64,000 bases of DNA from Schizochytrium sp. TIO01 (GCA_004764695.1 SMSO01000014.1:3157648-3221647); one strand, 5' to 3'. Positions 1 through 13,330 are shown, numbered from the stretch's first letter. The notes: generated by a model not told the origin, from the letters alone. Numbers and translations are program-made.

Positions 1-413
1 TCTTATGCTTTCCGCTTTCTGTTTGTTCGAAAACGACATCCATCAGATATTCAATCTACAAGCAAGAAGACGTCTCTGTCAGAGACCAACCAGATGATGG
101 GTCGACGGTCTATTTGGTCAAGTTCTTCAAGTTTCTTCTCAATTTCTTTCTTTTAATTGATTACTTCTATGTTCGGCGATGCCCTGAGTCAGACCGAACC
201 AGCTTAACCGGATTTCGGAAATGATTCAGCAGTGCGTGAACTCTCACCTTCGAGTGAGCTAAGGGAACTACCAAGAAGTCATCATCAATGATCCATAGTT
301 TACCCAGGTATTTTTTTTTTTTTTAATTCTTTCATTTGATATTACTTTGAAATTAAAAAAGTAAGAAGGTCAAAGAGCAAGGAGTTAGGAGTGGCGCTAC
401 TTTACTCCGAGGT

Positions 414-700
414 TTGCAATTGACGCACGGGTTGAGAAGAAGGTGTTTGCTGGGCAATCAAAGTGATGTTTTTGAACTAGAGACTCTCTTCTTGCAAGTA
501 GCAGAAAAAATGTCTTCTTGGCTTAGCAAGGTTAAAAGGGTTGCGAGACTTGCTGGCTTTGTGCAGAAAGCTGACTTGACATCGAATTGCTGCTAGTCTT
601 CCTCTTTGGCTTATTGCTCCAGTGATCTCGCAAGTCGATATTGCAAAAGCGAGCTGGGGCATTCAAGTGCTGGTTGGAAGGATTCGGGTCGGGTCTTTGT
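414..700 (+). pseudogene. possible decayed LRR coding fragment
   Basis: Translations FELETLFLQVAEKMSS and ADLTSN resemble LxxLxLxx LRR segments; no start/stop structure of a real gene. Confidence 0.25.
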
Positions 701-1529
701 AGTTCTTTTTTCCTAAGTTTCCGCTCCATCCGAATTGCATTCGGCAGCAAATGTCAAGATGTGAAATCTTGCAAGGAAAGGACGATATCCGGACCCTCGA
801 AGCATATATTATCTGTTGCGTATTGAAGGAAAGTTATCCAAAAGATATTATTCATAAGGGTGTATTGCAAATTATACTATATATTTTTATCACCTGCACG
901 CACAAAAGCACTGAACAAAGAGAACAAACAAAGATTGGCCGTCGTCTACCACTATACATGATTGCACGATCGCACACACTAAGGAATAAAGCAGATTAGC
1001 TGATGTCATCATTAGAAATTTGATGATGTCTAGTACCTGTTGAAAAGGTTTGGTCCATCATGATGCAGAAGAGCATAATTAAACCTCTTTTTCTTGAGTC
1101 TTGGCCCTAGGAACAAAGGCTTCGTGAGTGGCATACATTGTAATTATTTGGATCAACTGCTATATTGAAGCTCTCGAGCGTTATAGTGTCACACCTGCAA
1201 GTGTTCTTAAGCTTCAAAGTCACTGTGCGGAGGCAGCAGCTTATATTTTTAACTAATATATGGTGAAAATTTTGTCAAGGTTATTAATATAATACATTCT
1301 GCATCCTGCCGAGTTGCAAAACAATCATTAAAAACAAGAGGACACGATTTCCTCATGACGAGTTTTATCCTCTTTACTATTATAATCAAACTAGACGAAT
1401 TTGGGTTTTACCGTGCCTTCATTAGCTTTTTGGAAGTCCAACAAATCGAGCGAGTGAGTGAGCTACTAAAAATGCGTGAAAAATGAATTCTGTACGGCAA
1501 CTTTGCCCGGTGGTGGGTGTTTTTCTCTA

Positions 1530-1800
1530 TCTTTGTCACATCTACAGACGGTAACTACAATCACCATGGTTTCCCTCAAGCCCTTAGGTTGTATTTGCGA
1601 TTGTTCACATGTACCTTTCTACTGATGCAATATCATCAATTTGTCTTCTGCACAGGCAAGCTTTGCTTAGCTTGAAGCTTCGAAGAGTTGACTGTCGCAG
1701 GAGCGACTCAAGCAAGCACAGTTAAACCTCATGAGCATTCTTGCAACAGGGCTAGAAGTCTTCCTAGATGACACGCTGCTGGCAGAAGCGACTTATTCAG
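1530..1800 (+). pseudogene. decayed typical-class LRR fragment
   Basis: 1600-1641 reads IVHMYLSTDAISSI (LxxLxLxxNxIxxI register). Flanked across small frameshifts by HIY-DGNY-ITMVS and ASFA*LEA/FEELTVAG. Confidence 0.45.
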
Positions 1801-4103
1801 ACAAACAGATTTTTCAGACTTTAGTTAGTTTTTTAAGTTGGTTGGCCTTGAGTAAATTCATGTGGCTGGCACTTTCTCTAATCTTTGCTTTTTAAAATAA
1901 AAAAGTAAAAGTAAAAGTAAAAAAAGTATAGCCAGACTTTTGCTGCAGATCAAGCAACTTTCCAATTGTTTTTCTAGTATCCAGGGTTTTAAGTTCACGA
2001 AGTTCACGAAGGGTGGCATAATTCATTACCTCGCCACACACGATCAGGAGAAGCATGGCCTACAAGCAACAGCTCTGTTCCTTTGTAGCTTTCTCTCAAC
2101 GGGGAGACGAAAATATGTGAAATTAAATATTCTTTTTCCAACAACTCAAGTATATTTTATATGAATTTTGAAACGGAGATTCAACTTTTGCACGTGTGGC
2201 ATACACTCACAATCTCTTGAGTTGTAGTACGATCTTCAAATAACGCTACTTCTTGCGTTCTCTCCAAAATTTCAATTTCTCACGAAGCCTGACACGTCTT
2301 TCGACTTGCCAGCAGTGGAATACAACCCAAACAACAAGATTTCGTGAATTGCTTACTGTCATCTGGACTCAGGCTGTTCTATGACTCGCTGATGATCCCT
2401 TAGAACTAGTTCCGAAGGTTTTTTAATTTATCATCCGTTTTCCTCGTCGCCCCTGCGCATGCTTTCTTTGCGTGGTGACCGAGGATGAGTCGCGGTCTTT
2501 GACGGTCGCCGCAGGCCGATTTTCTTCTTTTCTATTTCTCTAAGGCAGGGTGACTCGGGAAACAAGCTGAGCACGACGGCGGCCAGCATTTACTGAGTAG
2601 AGAATGGCGCAGTTGCTTGAAGCAGCAAAACTAGCATTCAAGCAAGCAAGCAAGCGAGCGAGCGAGCAATGGTTTCTCTTCATTCGTGCTTTTCTTTCAA
2701 GCTGTTGCTGACACATTGACTTTGTTTGGAAGCTTTAACGTTGAAGTTCGATAATATGCGCGAGAATCGCCCTACGAAGCTGCGCTCCATTCACGCCGCA
2801 ATAACGTGAGTGTGGCCAGTTTCCTGCTGCAAACCCTCTTCTTATATCAGTGCTCCACCGGTTAGCTCAGACGAATCGCAGCTCATGGGATTCTGAGCGA
2901 CGATTATCGCAGCATCCACTTCGACCAGTGTAAAAATGTTTAATGTTTCAATTGTCCATATTCTCTTTTCTTATTTTAAATATACCTATACATATAAATA
3001 TTCCCTGTGTATATTCATTAATTAAAAAAATCCCCTTCCAAACTCGGACTCCATATTCTCCGATTTAATTAAAAAACATTCTCGTTTTCCTTCTTTCTCC
3101 TTCTTTGTCCAGTTCTCATATGTGGTTCGTTCGACAAAGACCCACGCGAGGTTGGAGATTGCGAAGTAGTAAATAGCTGCCGAACATGGACAAATTGAGG
3201 CGGGCTATGGCTGTCAGAGAAAGCTGAGTTGTTTGTCTGTAGCATTATTGTAGTTTGCTGAGCCCAGGCCTGGGAGCCTTCAAGTTGGAGTCCTTGCTGA
3301 GTTGTGCGGTGTCAGCCACAATCCTTGCGGCTGCCAGCAACATCCTGGGACGAGTGAGAAAGTGCCCGGGACAGTTCTTCTGCACCGACTGCAACATCAA
3401 GAAGCCGCCGGAATCGAATAAATTTGCAAATTGTGACGATCATTGCGAAATGTCGCCTTCATTCTCATTCTGCATGCAAAATAAAAGATAACACTAGCGC
3501 CCAGAACAGAAAAGAAAAAGAAAACTGGAACCAGGTTTGTCTGAGACCGTTTGAGACTACTTGCGTCCCGTTCCAAGATGAGCATAAAAAGCACAACGAC
3601 TTCACGTCATAAGACTAATAGTTGTTATAACCGCGGTGATGGTCTCTGATAAAGAAAGCTCGAAGGTTAGGAGCCCTTCGAATTAACATTGGTTTCTCTG
3701 TACCTCTCCTTCGACTCCAATCTCTCATTCGCCTTCATGTTATTTTAATCTAAAATTGACTTGGAAATGCTTTTTTTAAATTTAAAAACAATAAAAAATT
3801 ACTTTGGGGCTATGTTCCCTGTTTAACCTTTTCTTCTAATTTCCAGTCAAACGCCTGAAAGAAACGAACGACTTAATAAATTGTTCTGTTGCCATCGCAA
3901 GGAATGTCGTGCAAAGCTGAAGCTCTCTGGTGTCCGCCGCGAGGACGCCAGCGCTTGCAAATAATGCATATGCATAGTTGGTGCGTGATGCGTTCATCGT
4001 AGCTTGAGTGAGTACTTGGCTTGTTATTGTGCATTCATCTCCTGCCATTGTGCATTCATTCAAGAAGCAGAGCCTGGCGTCTCTATTCTACGGCAGCGAA
4101 GAA

Positions 4104-4151
4104 AGAAAGCAAAATAGAAAGCAAAATAGAAAGAAAGAAAGAAAGAAAGAA
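4104..4151 (+). repeat. (AGAAAGCAAAAT)2 followed by (GAAA)n microsatellite
   Basis: Read directly from the sequence. Confidence 0.85.
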
Positions 4152-4749
4152 GGCGGAAGAGAGGCTCACCTATCGAGCAAGCAAGAAGAAAGAAGCAGAA
4201 AGTGCATACTTTCTTGCTGATGTCCTGCCGCGGAGGATGCTCCAGCGCAGATGCGGATGCAGAGTGGAGATGGAGAACGAGAGACTCGAAGAGGAGAGAT
4301 TAAATGAAAGAAAGAAGGAAAGAAGGTGGAAAGAAAGACCCAGAAACTCAGCAGCAATGGAATAATACTGGAACTGGAAGAAGAAGGAGAAAAGGCCTCT
4401 TCTTCCAACAACCTTCCCTTTCATCTTTGTTTTCTTTTCATAGAAACTAAAAGTTTGAGAAACAGAGATAAACGATGAGTTTCTGTGATGTTTGCTCATG
4501 TTGTATTGTTGTACGTGGTGGAGGCTACAGGCGGCTCTGGCAGGAGGACTCAGGCTGAGGAGGAAGACAATGAACTGCCTTCCAGGCTAGGCATCAGACT
4601 GAACTTCTGAGGTTCTGTTTTGTTCTATGATTTCTACTCTAGATATTTTTCGCAGCTTAAGAAATAACATTTTAAAGACAAAACAAAAAAAGAGCGAAAT
4701 CACAACAACGTACGCCACGAAGATGAATAATTTTCTTTTCCCTCACTTC

Positions 4750-5560
4750 CATCGTCTTGGCTCCCTTGTGTACCGCCATACGTACTCCAGCAGCACTCTT
4801 GAGTCCAAGGACGGACGCATAGGCAAGGCGATTCGAGCCTTTGCGATGCATGACGTGATGGCACGGAGGAAGGAACGAAGAACCCGGGCCCGACTACACC
4901 TACTGACAGCACGAAGGCAGAGAGTCTCGAACGCATGCAGGAGCAGCATTTAGCTCGAAACTTAAGAGCAGCCAACAGCGTCATGGTCTCTGCCAACCAC
5001 GATGCCCCACAACTGGAGAAATCACGACAAGGTGTGGTGAGGTGCAGGCCCCACACTGAAGCTGAGAACGCTGGCAGGAAAGCTAGCAGCTCTGCTTGTG
5101 GAAGCCCCACCAGAGAGTACCTCTTGGAACCAGGGGCGAAGCGCGTTGGCGATCTCGATAAACCTGTGACCTGAACTTTAAAGAGTTTCTTCGCCTCGTC
5201 CAGTCAAATGAGCGGCTGCTCTTCTATTGTAGATAAATCAATCGTCTGTGGTCCTTTAATTTTGCTTAATTTGCCTCGAGAGAGAGCTCAAAGGCAAAGC
5301 TTGCACAGATCCGTAGCAGCAGACAGCCATGTTTAAGACGTTGCGATTGGGGTGAGTCGGGTTGGCGTGGGGTAGAAGTCCTCGGGATGAGAAGGCCATA
5401 GGTAGTGAACGGGAAAGCACATATTTTTAGTATCTGAGGTAGGCGCCTTCGAACTTTTACTGTTGAAGTCTCGGGACAAGGGATCAGGAAAAGATGCTCT
5501 TGTACGACTGCGACAGCTGGCAGCGTGCCGCAGCCGAAGCCGATAATAAGCAAAAGGTAC
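4750..5560 (-). pseudogene. possible decayed LRR fragment
   Basis: LIIGFGCGTLPAV..EHLFLIPCPETSTVKV..LKICAF and LHLTTPCRDFSSC; weak register. Confidence 0.25.
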
Positions 5561-6311
5561 CTATCCTGGGAGGTTTAAAAGTATGCAGATATCACCACTG
5601 ACGATTGGCCAGAGCAGCTTGCTTCAGAGCCATTTTTTGTGCAGGATCATGTTCAGGATCATAGCAAAAGTATTAGCAGGCACAACAGGTATGTGCTCAG
5701 CTTATTTTTTTCTTTTAATTAAATCAAAACCTTCCGCTTAGTCCTGGGATTGAAACGAACTACCCCCTGCAACCAAATAAAAGACCAAATGCTCAGCTAG
5801 TTACTACAGTGCTGCCAGGGGCTAAGTTTATGTTTGTAAGCTTTAGACTCGCGCAGTGGCCTCCAGGCTATTTGTGGCATACGATCTCATCTCACCGATC
5901 TCGCCAACAGGTACCACTGTTTTTTCTTAGTTTGCAGGCACAGGGATAAGCTTACGGAATAGTTCTGCTGAACGAAAGCGTACTACAAAACGTAGAACTT
6001 GCCTGATAACTAGGCTGACCTAGTCGTTGAGGCGACGTGTGGAACTAAACAAAAAAGATTGCGCACCCATGGGTTGACTCCCATACCTTGACTCTCGCTC
6101 ATAGTAGCCATGGGCATAAGCGTGTAGTAAGGGTGCGACAACTACTCGGAGAGTGACACTGAAGCAACGTTTTGGAGGTCTCTGTTGGCCCGAATGAAAC
6201 CCGTTTTCCGCCGATGCAGATCTTGCTGGTTTTTTACAACCCATCCTAACCAAAGCTAACGCAAACTAAAATGACGGCCAATCTAATTTTGCGAACAAAT
6301 AGCCTGATAAT

Positions 6312-6700
6312 TTATGGATCCGCCATAACATCCGTCATAAAATAATCAGGTTTGCCTCTTCTAGAGACATTTTGTTTATAAACAAATCTCAACAAAACTG
6401 CTTCAATCAAGATTCTGTTCGTTGAACTCGAAATAATTTCCAGCATTCTATTTAGTTTCCATCGAATGAAACACTGCAGCTCGGGTCGGATCGGGTCGGA
6501 TCGCTTTCGGGTGAAGATTGTCTCAGCATTTTTGCACTTGTGTCGACCAAACCCAATTATTGTACTATCATACGAAGCAGATGGATCTATTTGTTGCATG
6601 TTCTAGCTGGCAACATTTTTATCGATCTCAACGCCTTATTGAATGAACCCACCTTTATTCTGATGAACTACATTACAGACGCCAAGAGATTACTCTTATT
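6312..6700 (-). pseudogene. decayed LRR fragment
   Basis: FIRIKVGSFNKALRSIKM, then across a frameshift MQQIDPSASYDSTI. Confidence 0.35.
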
Positions 6701-7413
6701 TAGCAGATGAATTATGATGCATGCACGACGGCAAATGTTTGCATTGATATTCATTCTTTTTTTTGTCTTGGTTCTTCAAAGGATCAATACATAGATGATC
6801 TTTTGTCGGTTGAATAAGATGAAATCACCGTGCAGCCCTTGTTGTGAGAGAAACGGTTTGAGGAGAAACGTAGGCCATATCATATTTTTATCTTTCTTGT
6901 TGTATTTCCATCCAGAAAATGGTCGTGAAAAGTAGTCTTGAGGTCAGGTGCAAATAGCGTCAACAACGAAACGACAGTACTAGGCGAGGTATAGTGAAGA
7001 TGTAGCCGTGTACCCTCTCATGCTTTTACTAGACTGTTCAGAGGTCAAAGCTACATGTGCAAAGGTCTAAAAATTGTAAAGCCTTGAAAAGGTACACGGA
7101 TTAGAATAAATGAGAAATATATGGTTGATAATAAATGATAGATAATGAAAAGCAGTGTGGTAAAGCAGTCTAGCCTCCTTGCTTGAAAGTCCCAATGCCA
7201 AGACTTCTCGAAAGAACTCATGAAGGATGATGGATGGTTTGCAACTTGACGCAGCAGGCATCAGGAGACTATAATTAGTGGGATCCACAGTGGATAATTT
7301 ATCAACATCGAGCGCAAAATTAAAGAAAAAATGCTCTCGTGAATTGTGTATTGCCGTATCTAGAGATGACGATTTTGGTTTTAGATTTCATCTGGAGAAG
7401 TGAAATCAACAAG

Positions 7414-9198
7414 TTAGGCGTTGAGAGCACGCTCCTTCTCCTCCTTAGACCATCCTCGCAGTCCAAGGGTCGTATCAGCAGAACGGCAAGTGTAGATCTG
7501 AAAGGCCTGGCGAATGTTACGGCCAAAGAATTGACGAAGAGTACCATGGTTCTTGGCTTCATCTCCGCCCTTCTCATAAGCAAAGACACGACGAAGATCC
7601 TCGAGACTCATACCCTTTGTCTCGGGTTGCAAAATCACAACTGATGGGATGGCGATGACAAGGTTCAATGCAACAAGGATGAATGCGACAGTTTGTAAGT
7701 TGGTGCCACTGTAAATACGCTGGTAGCCAACGTCTCCGAGAACAATATTTGTACTAAGGTTAGCACTGACACAAAATGCCATACCAACACCACGAAGACG
7801 AAGCGGAAAAGCTTCGGAGGGCACGACCCAAGTAAGAGGTCCCAACATCACAGCAAAGACGGCCTGGAAGAAGAAGATCATAGCAACACAGAAGAATTGT
7901 ACAGATCGAACGGTGCTATCAGTGGCTTCAGTGGCAGCCTGTACATCTGTAGCGCAAATCACAATACCAATGAGAAGGAATGCGAGAATCACAAGGGTGG
8001 TCCCCCAAACAGTGAGAAATTTGCGTCCAGCAATGTCAATAAGGGGAATGGCCAACAGTGTAAATGCAACGTTGACGCCCTTGAGAGCCAAATCGTAGGT
8101 GAACGGTTCGAGGTTCAGAGCGTTAAACAGGGTAGTTGCGTAACTCATCAGCCAGTTGATACCAGAGATGTTTTGAGAGAAGGCAATCATACCACCACAG
8201 AGCAAACACGGAAGGTTCTCACGAACAAAGAGCTCGCGGAAACTTCCCTGGCCCTCGGCTTCCTCTTCGGCAACCTCTGCGCGAATCTGCTCGATCTCAA
8301 AGCTAACGATGTTATCAGCATCGGGAGTACCTACAGCGAGACGACGCAGAGCTTGCTCGGCCTGTTCATGGCGTCCCACTTTGATAAGCCAACGAGGAGA
8401 TTCGGGAAGAACAGTAATAGTAAGAATAAAGATTAGGACACCAGGAATGCACTGTAACGCAATACCAAGACGCCAGCCCCATTCCACATCTTCCATACGG
8501 TCGTTGTAAATTGCCATCACAAAAATACCAATGGTTACAGCAAGCTGAAAGCAAATGATAGATTTACCACGCCACTCGGAAGGTGCAAGCTCGGCTGCAT
8601 AAACCGGTGCCATAGTAAGTACAAAACCAAGGCCAATACCTCCAATTGCGCGACCGATGATAATGCTGTTCCAGGCAAAATCGCGAGAAATGAGACCAGC
8701 CAGAGTCTGCCAGATCGAACCACCAACGAAAATAGTTACAGCGATGAGAATAACAGGCTTACGACCTACGCGATCCGAGATAAAGCCCGCAAAGGGTGCT
8801 CCAATGAATGTTCCAAGGTGAAAAATGTATGTAAACATGGAAATCTGGTTGGTGGTCTCCTCAGAGTCCTTCTCACCGGACTGAAGGACAGGAATCTCCA
8901 TGGCCTCACGCATGTAACTGTTGGATAAAGTAGCTGCAGTGCCAGTGTCAAGACCGTAGAGCATACCACCAAGTACTGCCGTGAAGAGAATAAGAACAGT
9001 AAATGCGTTCAACTTTCGTGAAGGGCGGTTGAGAAGGTCCTGCGGGGTCTCCGGCAGAGGCTTGTTGGCGTTGTAGACAGCACCACCCTCCTGAGGGTGC
9101 TTGATATTGTCTCCCTCGGTCATTGCCATGCTAATGTCGTTCTCATCTTGGGCTGGTGAGGAATCCTCAATGTTTTTGTCATCATGGTGGCTCAACAT
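7414..9198 (-). CDS. MFS sugar porter family transporter (paralog 1), 594 aa
   Basis: About 12 TM segments. Motifs GGMLYGLDTG, SDRVGRKP, GRAIGGIG, YAAELAP..WRG, PESPRWL, IDIAGRK, GPLTWVVPSEAFP, QPETKG. The ORF track starts at TTG 9255; the first ATG is at 9198. Confidence 0.95.
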   Translation of the reverse strand: MLSHHDDKNIEDSSPAQDENDISMAMTEGDNIKHPQEGGAVYNANKPLPETPQDLLNRPSRKLNAFTVLILFTAVLGGMLYGLDTGTAATLSNSYMREAMEIPVLQSGEKDSEETTNQISMFTYIFHLGTFIGAPFAGFISDRVGRKPVILIAVTIFVGGSIWQTLAGLISRDFAWNSIIIGRAIGGIGLGFVLTMAPVYAAELAPSEWRGKSIICFQLAVTIGIFVMAIYNDRMEDVEWGWRLGIALQCIPGVLIFILTITVLPESPRWLIKVGRHEQAEQALRRLAVGTPDADNIVSFEIEQIRAEVAEEEAEGQGSFRELFVRENLPCLLCGGMIAFSQNISGINWLMSYATTLFNALNLEPFTYDLALKGVNVAFTLLAIPLIDIAGRKFLTVWGTTLVILAFLLIGIVICATDVQAATEATDSTVRSVQFFCVAMIFFFQAVFAVMLGPLTWVVPSEAFPLRLRGVGMAFCVSANLSTNIVLGDVGYQRIYSGTNLQTVAFILVALNLVIAIPSVVILQPETKGMSLEDLRRVFAYEKGGDEAKNHGTLRQFFGRNIRQAFQIYTCRSADTTLGLRGWSKEEKERALNA

Positions 9199-9815
9199 CT
9201 TGAAACCAAGGTGAGGTTCACTTACTTTTGAGTTAGTATCTCCTGATACACTCAAAGAGTCTAATTCTGTAACTGGAAATCAGAGGTCCTTAGTAGCCCA
9301 GCCAATGAAATTTAGATCCAAGGATTTGGACTTCGAGTTTTGGTTTTGCTTTGCTTGCATCCATATGCTGCTGCGATGCCATGCATTGCTTTACTTTCCC
9401 GAAAGGAGAGAAGGAAAAAAGTTTTTGTTCTTAGCCTTTTCTGAGAAATTAATCTAGTGGAAGGTAGCTGTGAGCACACTGGCCTTAATTTTAGTTCTTA
9501 TCTGCAGTGGGTAGTTTAGTCAGCGTACTCGTGCTATGCGTATGAAAGTGTGCCACGCATTTATATTATATCTCTAGGTCTAACTACTGCAAGGAGACGG
9601 TAGCACGGCGTTCTTGGATTTTCGAGTGTCCTCTCATCTCTAATAATTTCTTCAAGATCTCTCTGTGGTAGTTTCTGGAATTCACAACTCTCTCATGTAG
9701 GAAGCAATACAATTCTAGAGTTTTCTCTCAGCCGTCGACTCTGTCACCACTGCGCAAAACTCGTCATCGCCTATTCCTCTTCGAGTTGAAAACCACCTTC
9801 TCAAAAACATAGCAG

Positions 9816-10064
9816 ATGCAAAAGTCACAAGTTCTTTCAATCTTGAGACTAAAAATTCTAAAAGAAGCGATCACCAACCGCTTCCAATCTATAAAATATA
9901 ATTTTAAAACGTACAATATGATGATGCCTCGCTGCAAAGTCGGAGCAAATCCTTCTCTTGCGTGTCATCCAGAAGCGTTTCACGTCCTCGAATCCATCTT
10001 CTTCTTGGGCCTGCGAGGCGTACGCGACTTGCAACTTGCTCAGCTAAAACTGAAGAAAAATTGA
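9816..10064 (+). pseudogene. decayed typical-class LRR fragment
   Basis: VGANPSLACHPEAFHVLESIFFLGLRG keeps NPxL..PEAFxxLxxIxxLxL spacing; then VRDLQLAQLKL. Confidence 0.55.
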
Positions 10065-10298
10065 GGAACTTTAGAGAAAGACGCAAGGTACCGGGAAACC
10101 CAGCTGGGGACAGCATCCGCTTGTCCACTCCTTTCTGTTAGATCGAGTGAGTGTCCTAATTCTATGTTGGCCATTTACCAAGTTTGCCGAGTTTGAGCTG
10201 TGCTATGCTGTGTCCACAGCAGATGTTGTCCTTTGCTTTATCTATTGCCTGAATCGCTGATCTTGGGGGAGACAAGTTTCACGTGCGAGATCTCGGAC

Positions 10299-10484
10299 CT
10301 ATTCCGGGGTCGCTCGTGAGTTTAGGCAGCTACGAATCTGGTGTGAGTATCGATCGTCGAGGTTGGCCCACCCGAGCGAGATAAGCGTGTCTTCCGAGGT
10401 GGCCTGAACACAAAACAGGCGAAGGTGCTCCAAGTTCATCGGCAAGCTGCTGTGCCGGACAACCATATCGCCCCGAGACAACAT
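10299..10484 (-). pseudogene. possible decayed LRR fragment
   Basis: MVVRHSSL, PMNLEHLRLFCVQATSEDTL. Confidence 0.3.
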
Positions 10485-10699
10485 CCGAAGCCAAGAGGAC
10501 TATGTTGGCACCATCGGAGGAAACGGCTGCAAGCGATAGCCTAATCTATTTTCGGAGATGATCTGCGTAAGGCATCCATTGCGTATGTCTTTAATAGCTC
10601 CTATTTTAATTTTTTAAATGATGAAGAATGTAAAAACTGTTTAGTACAATTGAAGGTGAATAACAATAGTTTTATGAGAATTTATTGATGACGATGGTA

Positions 10700-11063
10700 A
10701 GTGAAGGCATAAGACTAGTATGTACAACGTTGAAGAGTTAGTCATGCATCTCAAGCCTGCTTCGGGATCCTGCAATTTAATAGTTTTGTCCCTAATTCTT
10801 CGTTCGCGGTATATATACTTCATGGCTGGTGAACTCCCTTGAAATTCAGTAGGAGCAAGAAATCACACGTTGACTTAATTCTTTGTCAGAGCAGACCGAT
10901 TCCTGAGGCCTTGAAAGTGTTCTTTATTTCGTGCTGTCAACCTTTATCACTTTCTATAAAATGGCCTTCTGACTTATGTACATCATTGCTCGAGCTGTTA
11001 GGCCTACTGCCATTTCGGCAAGAAGACTTCATGAGGACAATGGTCAATTTGACAAATGCTTGA
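10700..11063 (+). pseudogene. decayed LRR fragment
   Basis: YNVEELVMHL, PEALKVFFISCCQPL, DLCTSLLEL, EDFMRTMVNLT. Confidence 0.45.
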
Positions 11064-11499
11064 ACTTTTCGAAGGAGCATTTTCTGTTTCTTTTTCTTCT
11101 TTTTGTAGAAAATATTGTAAAAGAAACTTGAGTAATAAATATATTTTTATCCGAGCCGATATTCGTCTTCCTTCCATTAGTTCTTCCCACTTTCCCTCGT
11201 GGAGCCACTATGTTTACCGATCGCATGTTTAGGTTTCGCCTTCCTATCCAGGTGCTCTCGTGCCAATGATAGCCTCGGCTTCGCCTTGTTCTGTTCAAGT
11301 TCGCCGTCATCTCTTTATGATATCAACGCAATCTGTTTATAATATGTTTAGGTATTCTATATATTTAGTATATTTTAAGAGAGATGATTGTGAACTTGAA
11401 TATGTATAATGAAGCATGAAGAATATAGCTTCGTTGCGAGACCAGTGTTTTCCCAAAATTGACCGATCGGGCAGCGAAGTAACCCATAGCCAAAGCCTG

Positions 11500-11940
11500 T
11501 CAGCCGCGAAGGATTGGGCTACTGCTGCTGCTGCTGTCTTTGCTGGCTATAGGATGTGTCTTTTGCAGCTTTCGGCGGCAGCAAGTTCGCAAGATCGGCC
11601 TCCCTGAACCTCAACCGAGACGGCTTATCTACGTTATCATCATCTTCACGTATGAACATCGATTTGTGAGGCATAATAAAAAGTAAATTCCAAGGCCCCT
11701 TCATCCTCAGTCACATGCAGAGAGAGCTTACTATCATTGACTCAGTATCTACATGCGTTCGGGGACCTTACTCCCCAGTTTCCATCCACCGCCAGCAGCA
11801 GCAAGGCATTGGACTGCTAGAATATACAGGCAGCCCTTCTCCAGAGTTCGCAGCTCGAATAATGAAAATCATGATGTTGATGTGGAGACATGATGCTTTA
11901 TGGGAATCAACCATTCTGAAGTTGGAAAACAACAAATAGC
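11500..11940 (+). pseudogene. decayed LRR gene fragment with signal-peptide-like start
   Basis: RRIGLLLLLLSLLAIGC, then in shifted frames SLNLNRDGLSTLSSS, NIDL*GIIKVNSKA, RELTIIDS, HAFGDL, ILKLENNK. Confidence 0.45.
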
Positions 11941-12479
11941 TCGATTAGTTCTCATGATCACTTGAATTGGAAAACAGTTTGAGTGCTAAGTAGGTAGCTA
12001 CTATTGGACTGGTAGGTGGGATCAGATTGGCAACAGAAAAGAGAAGATAGATCTGACAAAAGTGACGTACGTATGCCATCGACCTGAAAACATAGGAAGT
12101 AGAGGTAGAATTCAATCTCTACTGCCGCGAACTTCAAAAGAATAGCAAACGAGCTCGCAGGCTGGTTTGCTGGAAAGAAGCAGTTGGACAAGCAAAGTAC
12201 ATTCTCAGAACGCCCTCTGAGGTAGCTGTCTCGCTGCGCAAAGTTACAGCCAGTTAAGTTATAAAACGAATCCTTAATCCATGATTTCGAAAAGTTTTTC
12301 AGGGTTTAGTTTTAATTATTATTTTAAACACCTACCACATACAGAATTTTTTTCTTATTTTCTTTTCTCTCAAGTTTCTTTCCAGTCTTTGGTTATGGTT
12401 GTTTTAGCTTTGTTTTTTTGTGAAATAAAAATAAAAATAGTGTTTATATACGAAGGATCCAAAGGTAGAGCCTGTGTGT

Positions 12480-12560
12480 CCAGAAGAAGTCACCCCTCGA
12501 TCTTGAACTCCAACCATGGCGTCTTCGCCATCCCTAAGGATGCCCTGGCATCGTTTTATT
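12480..12560 (+). pseudogene. decayed LRR fragment
   Basis: LDL/NSNHGVFAIPKDALAS across a 1-nt frameshift. Confidence 0.4.
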
Positions 12561-12698
12561 GCTCTATTTTACTCTTCAAGCGAATCGCACTTCGTCATTG
12601 AGGTGATCCAAATCTGGTTCGTCTGGGCGACAAGATCCCGATTAGGACTCTGTTAGAAGAAACCCAGAAAACCCAGCCTTTTCGTGATGTGATGGCCA

Positions 12699-12965
12699 TC
12701 ATCTGCAAACATAGACTACTATTACTTCTGAGTTTAGATGTTCCTTCCCAGCTGTTTGTTGCCGTTTGTCATCAAACTGTGCATTATGCCGCCAACACTT
12801 ACGTGGTACCCAGTGTAATCCTGAGTGATCTAGGCTAGATATGTGCGAGAATCCTCCGCGAGACAGGCTCTCTTCATAACCTGCTATGACTGTTTCAAGT
12901 TGAATCGGCTGCGCACTGGCAAGCCAATTCACTTCAGGGTTCTGGGGCGAACGCAAGCTGCGCAC
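12699..12965 (-). pseudogene. decayed LRR fragment
   Basis: RSLRSPQNPEVNWL; LDHSGLHWVPRKCWRHNAQF in 24-residue register. Confidence 0.45.
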
Positions 12966-13149
12966 TTGGCTCCGGTTATAACGTTGACCATGTGACCGCA
13001 GACTTCACGCCTCACCTTAAAAGAAAAAAACGATGACCTTAAAGATCCCTTTCTTAAATAGATTCTGTTGCTTTGTTGGTGGAAGTGGTGTTTTCAAAGG
13101 ATTAATACAGCATGGTTATCCCAAGCAATCTACCCTCGGGCTTCTATCA

Positions 13150-13330
13150 TGCGCACGCCTCTTGCGCGCGCTTTGTTTGCCAAAGAACATGATGTTAGAA
13201 AGTATTATTTATTGTGGAAAGCAAAACTGTGGCTTTTTCAGTGTGCTTGGTAACGAATTGCCCTATGACCTTATCAAAGACATTCGAGCCAGTGACTTTT
13301 CCAGGATCTAGAATTGAATATAGTCCAATA
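13150..13330 (+). pseudogene. decayed typical-class LRR fragment
   Basis: 13258-13317 reads LPYDLIKDIRASDFSRI*N*, matching LxxNxIxxIxxxxFxxLxxL with a stop at the last L position. Confidence 0.55.

Noticed and set aside
3255-3491. Zinc-ribbon-like CTDCNIKKP ORF
   Set aside because: Second Cys pair not convincing and no ATG start; equally consistent with a weak LRR relic
4008-4499. K/E/R-rich or F/S-rich ORFs, likewise 41669-42361 and the QEQEQE ORF 42632-42835
   Set aside because: Translations of purine-rich microsatellites; no domain content
5570-5650. Integrase-like peptide KYADITTDDWPEQL
   Set aside because: Isolated short match with no DDE core, RT or LTRs nearby
9199-9255. TTG/GTG-initiated N-terminal extensions in the ORF track (also 20710-20781 and 60277-60291)
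   Set aside because: Eukaryotic context; the first in-frame ATG was used, and both transporter paralogs then begin MLS
9600-10128. Minus-strand BTB/BACK-like text (EFLVSRLKEL, EFQKLPQRDLEEII)
   Set aside because: Needs several stops and loose matching; the plus strand of the overlapping DNA fits an LRR register better
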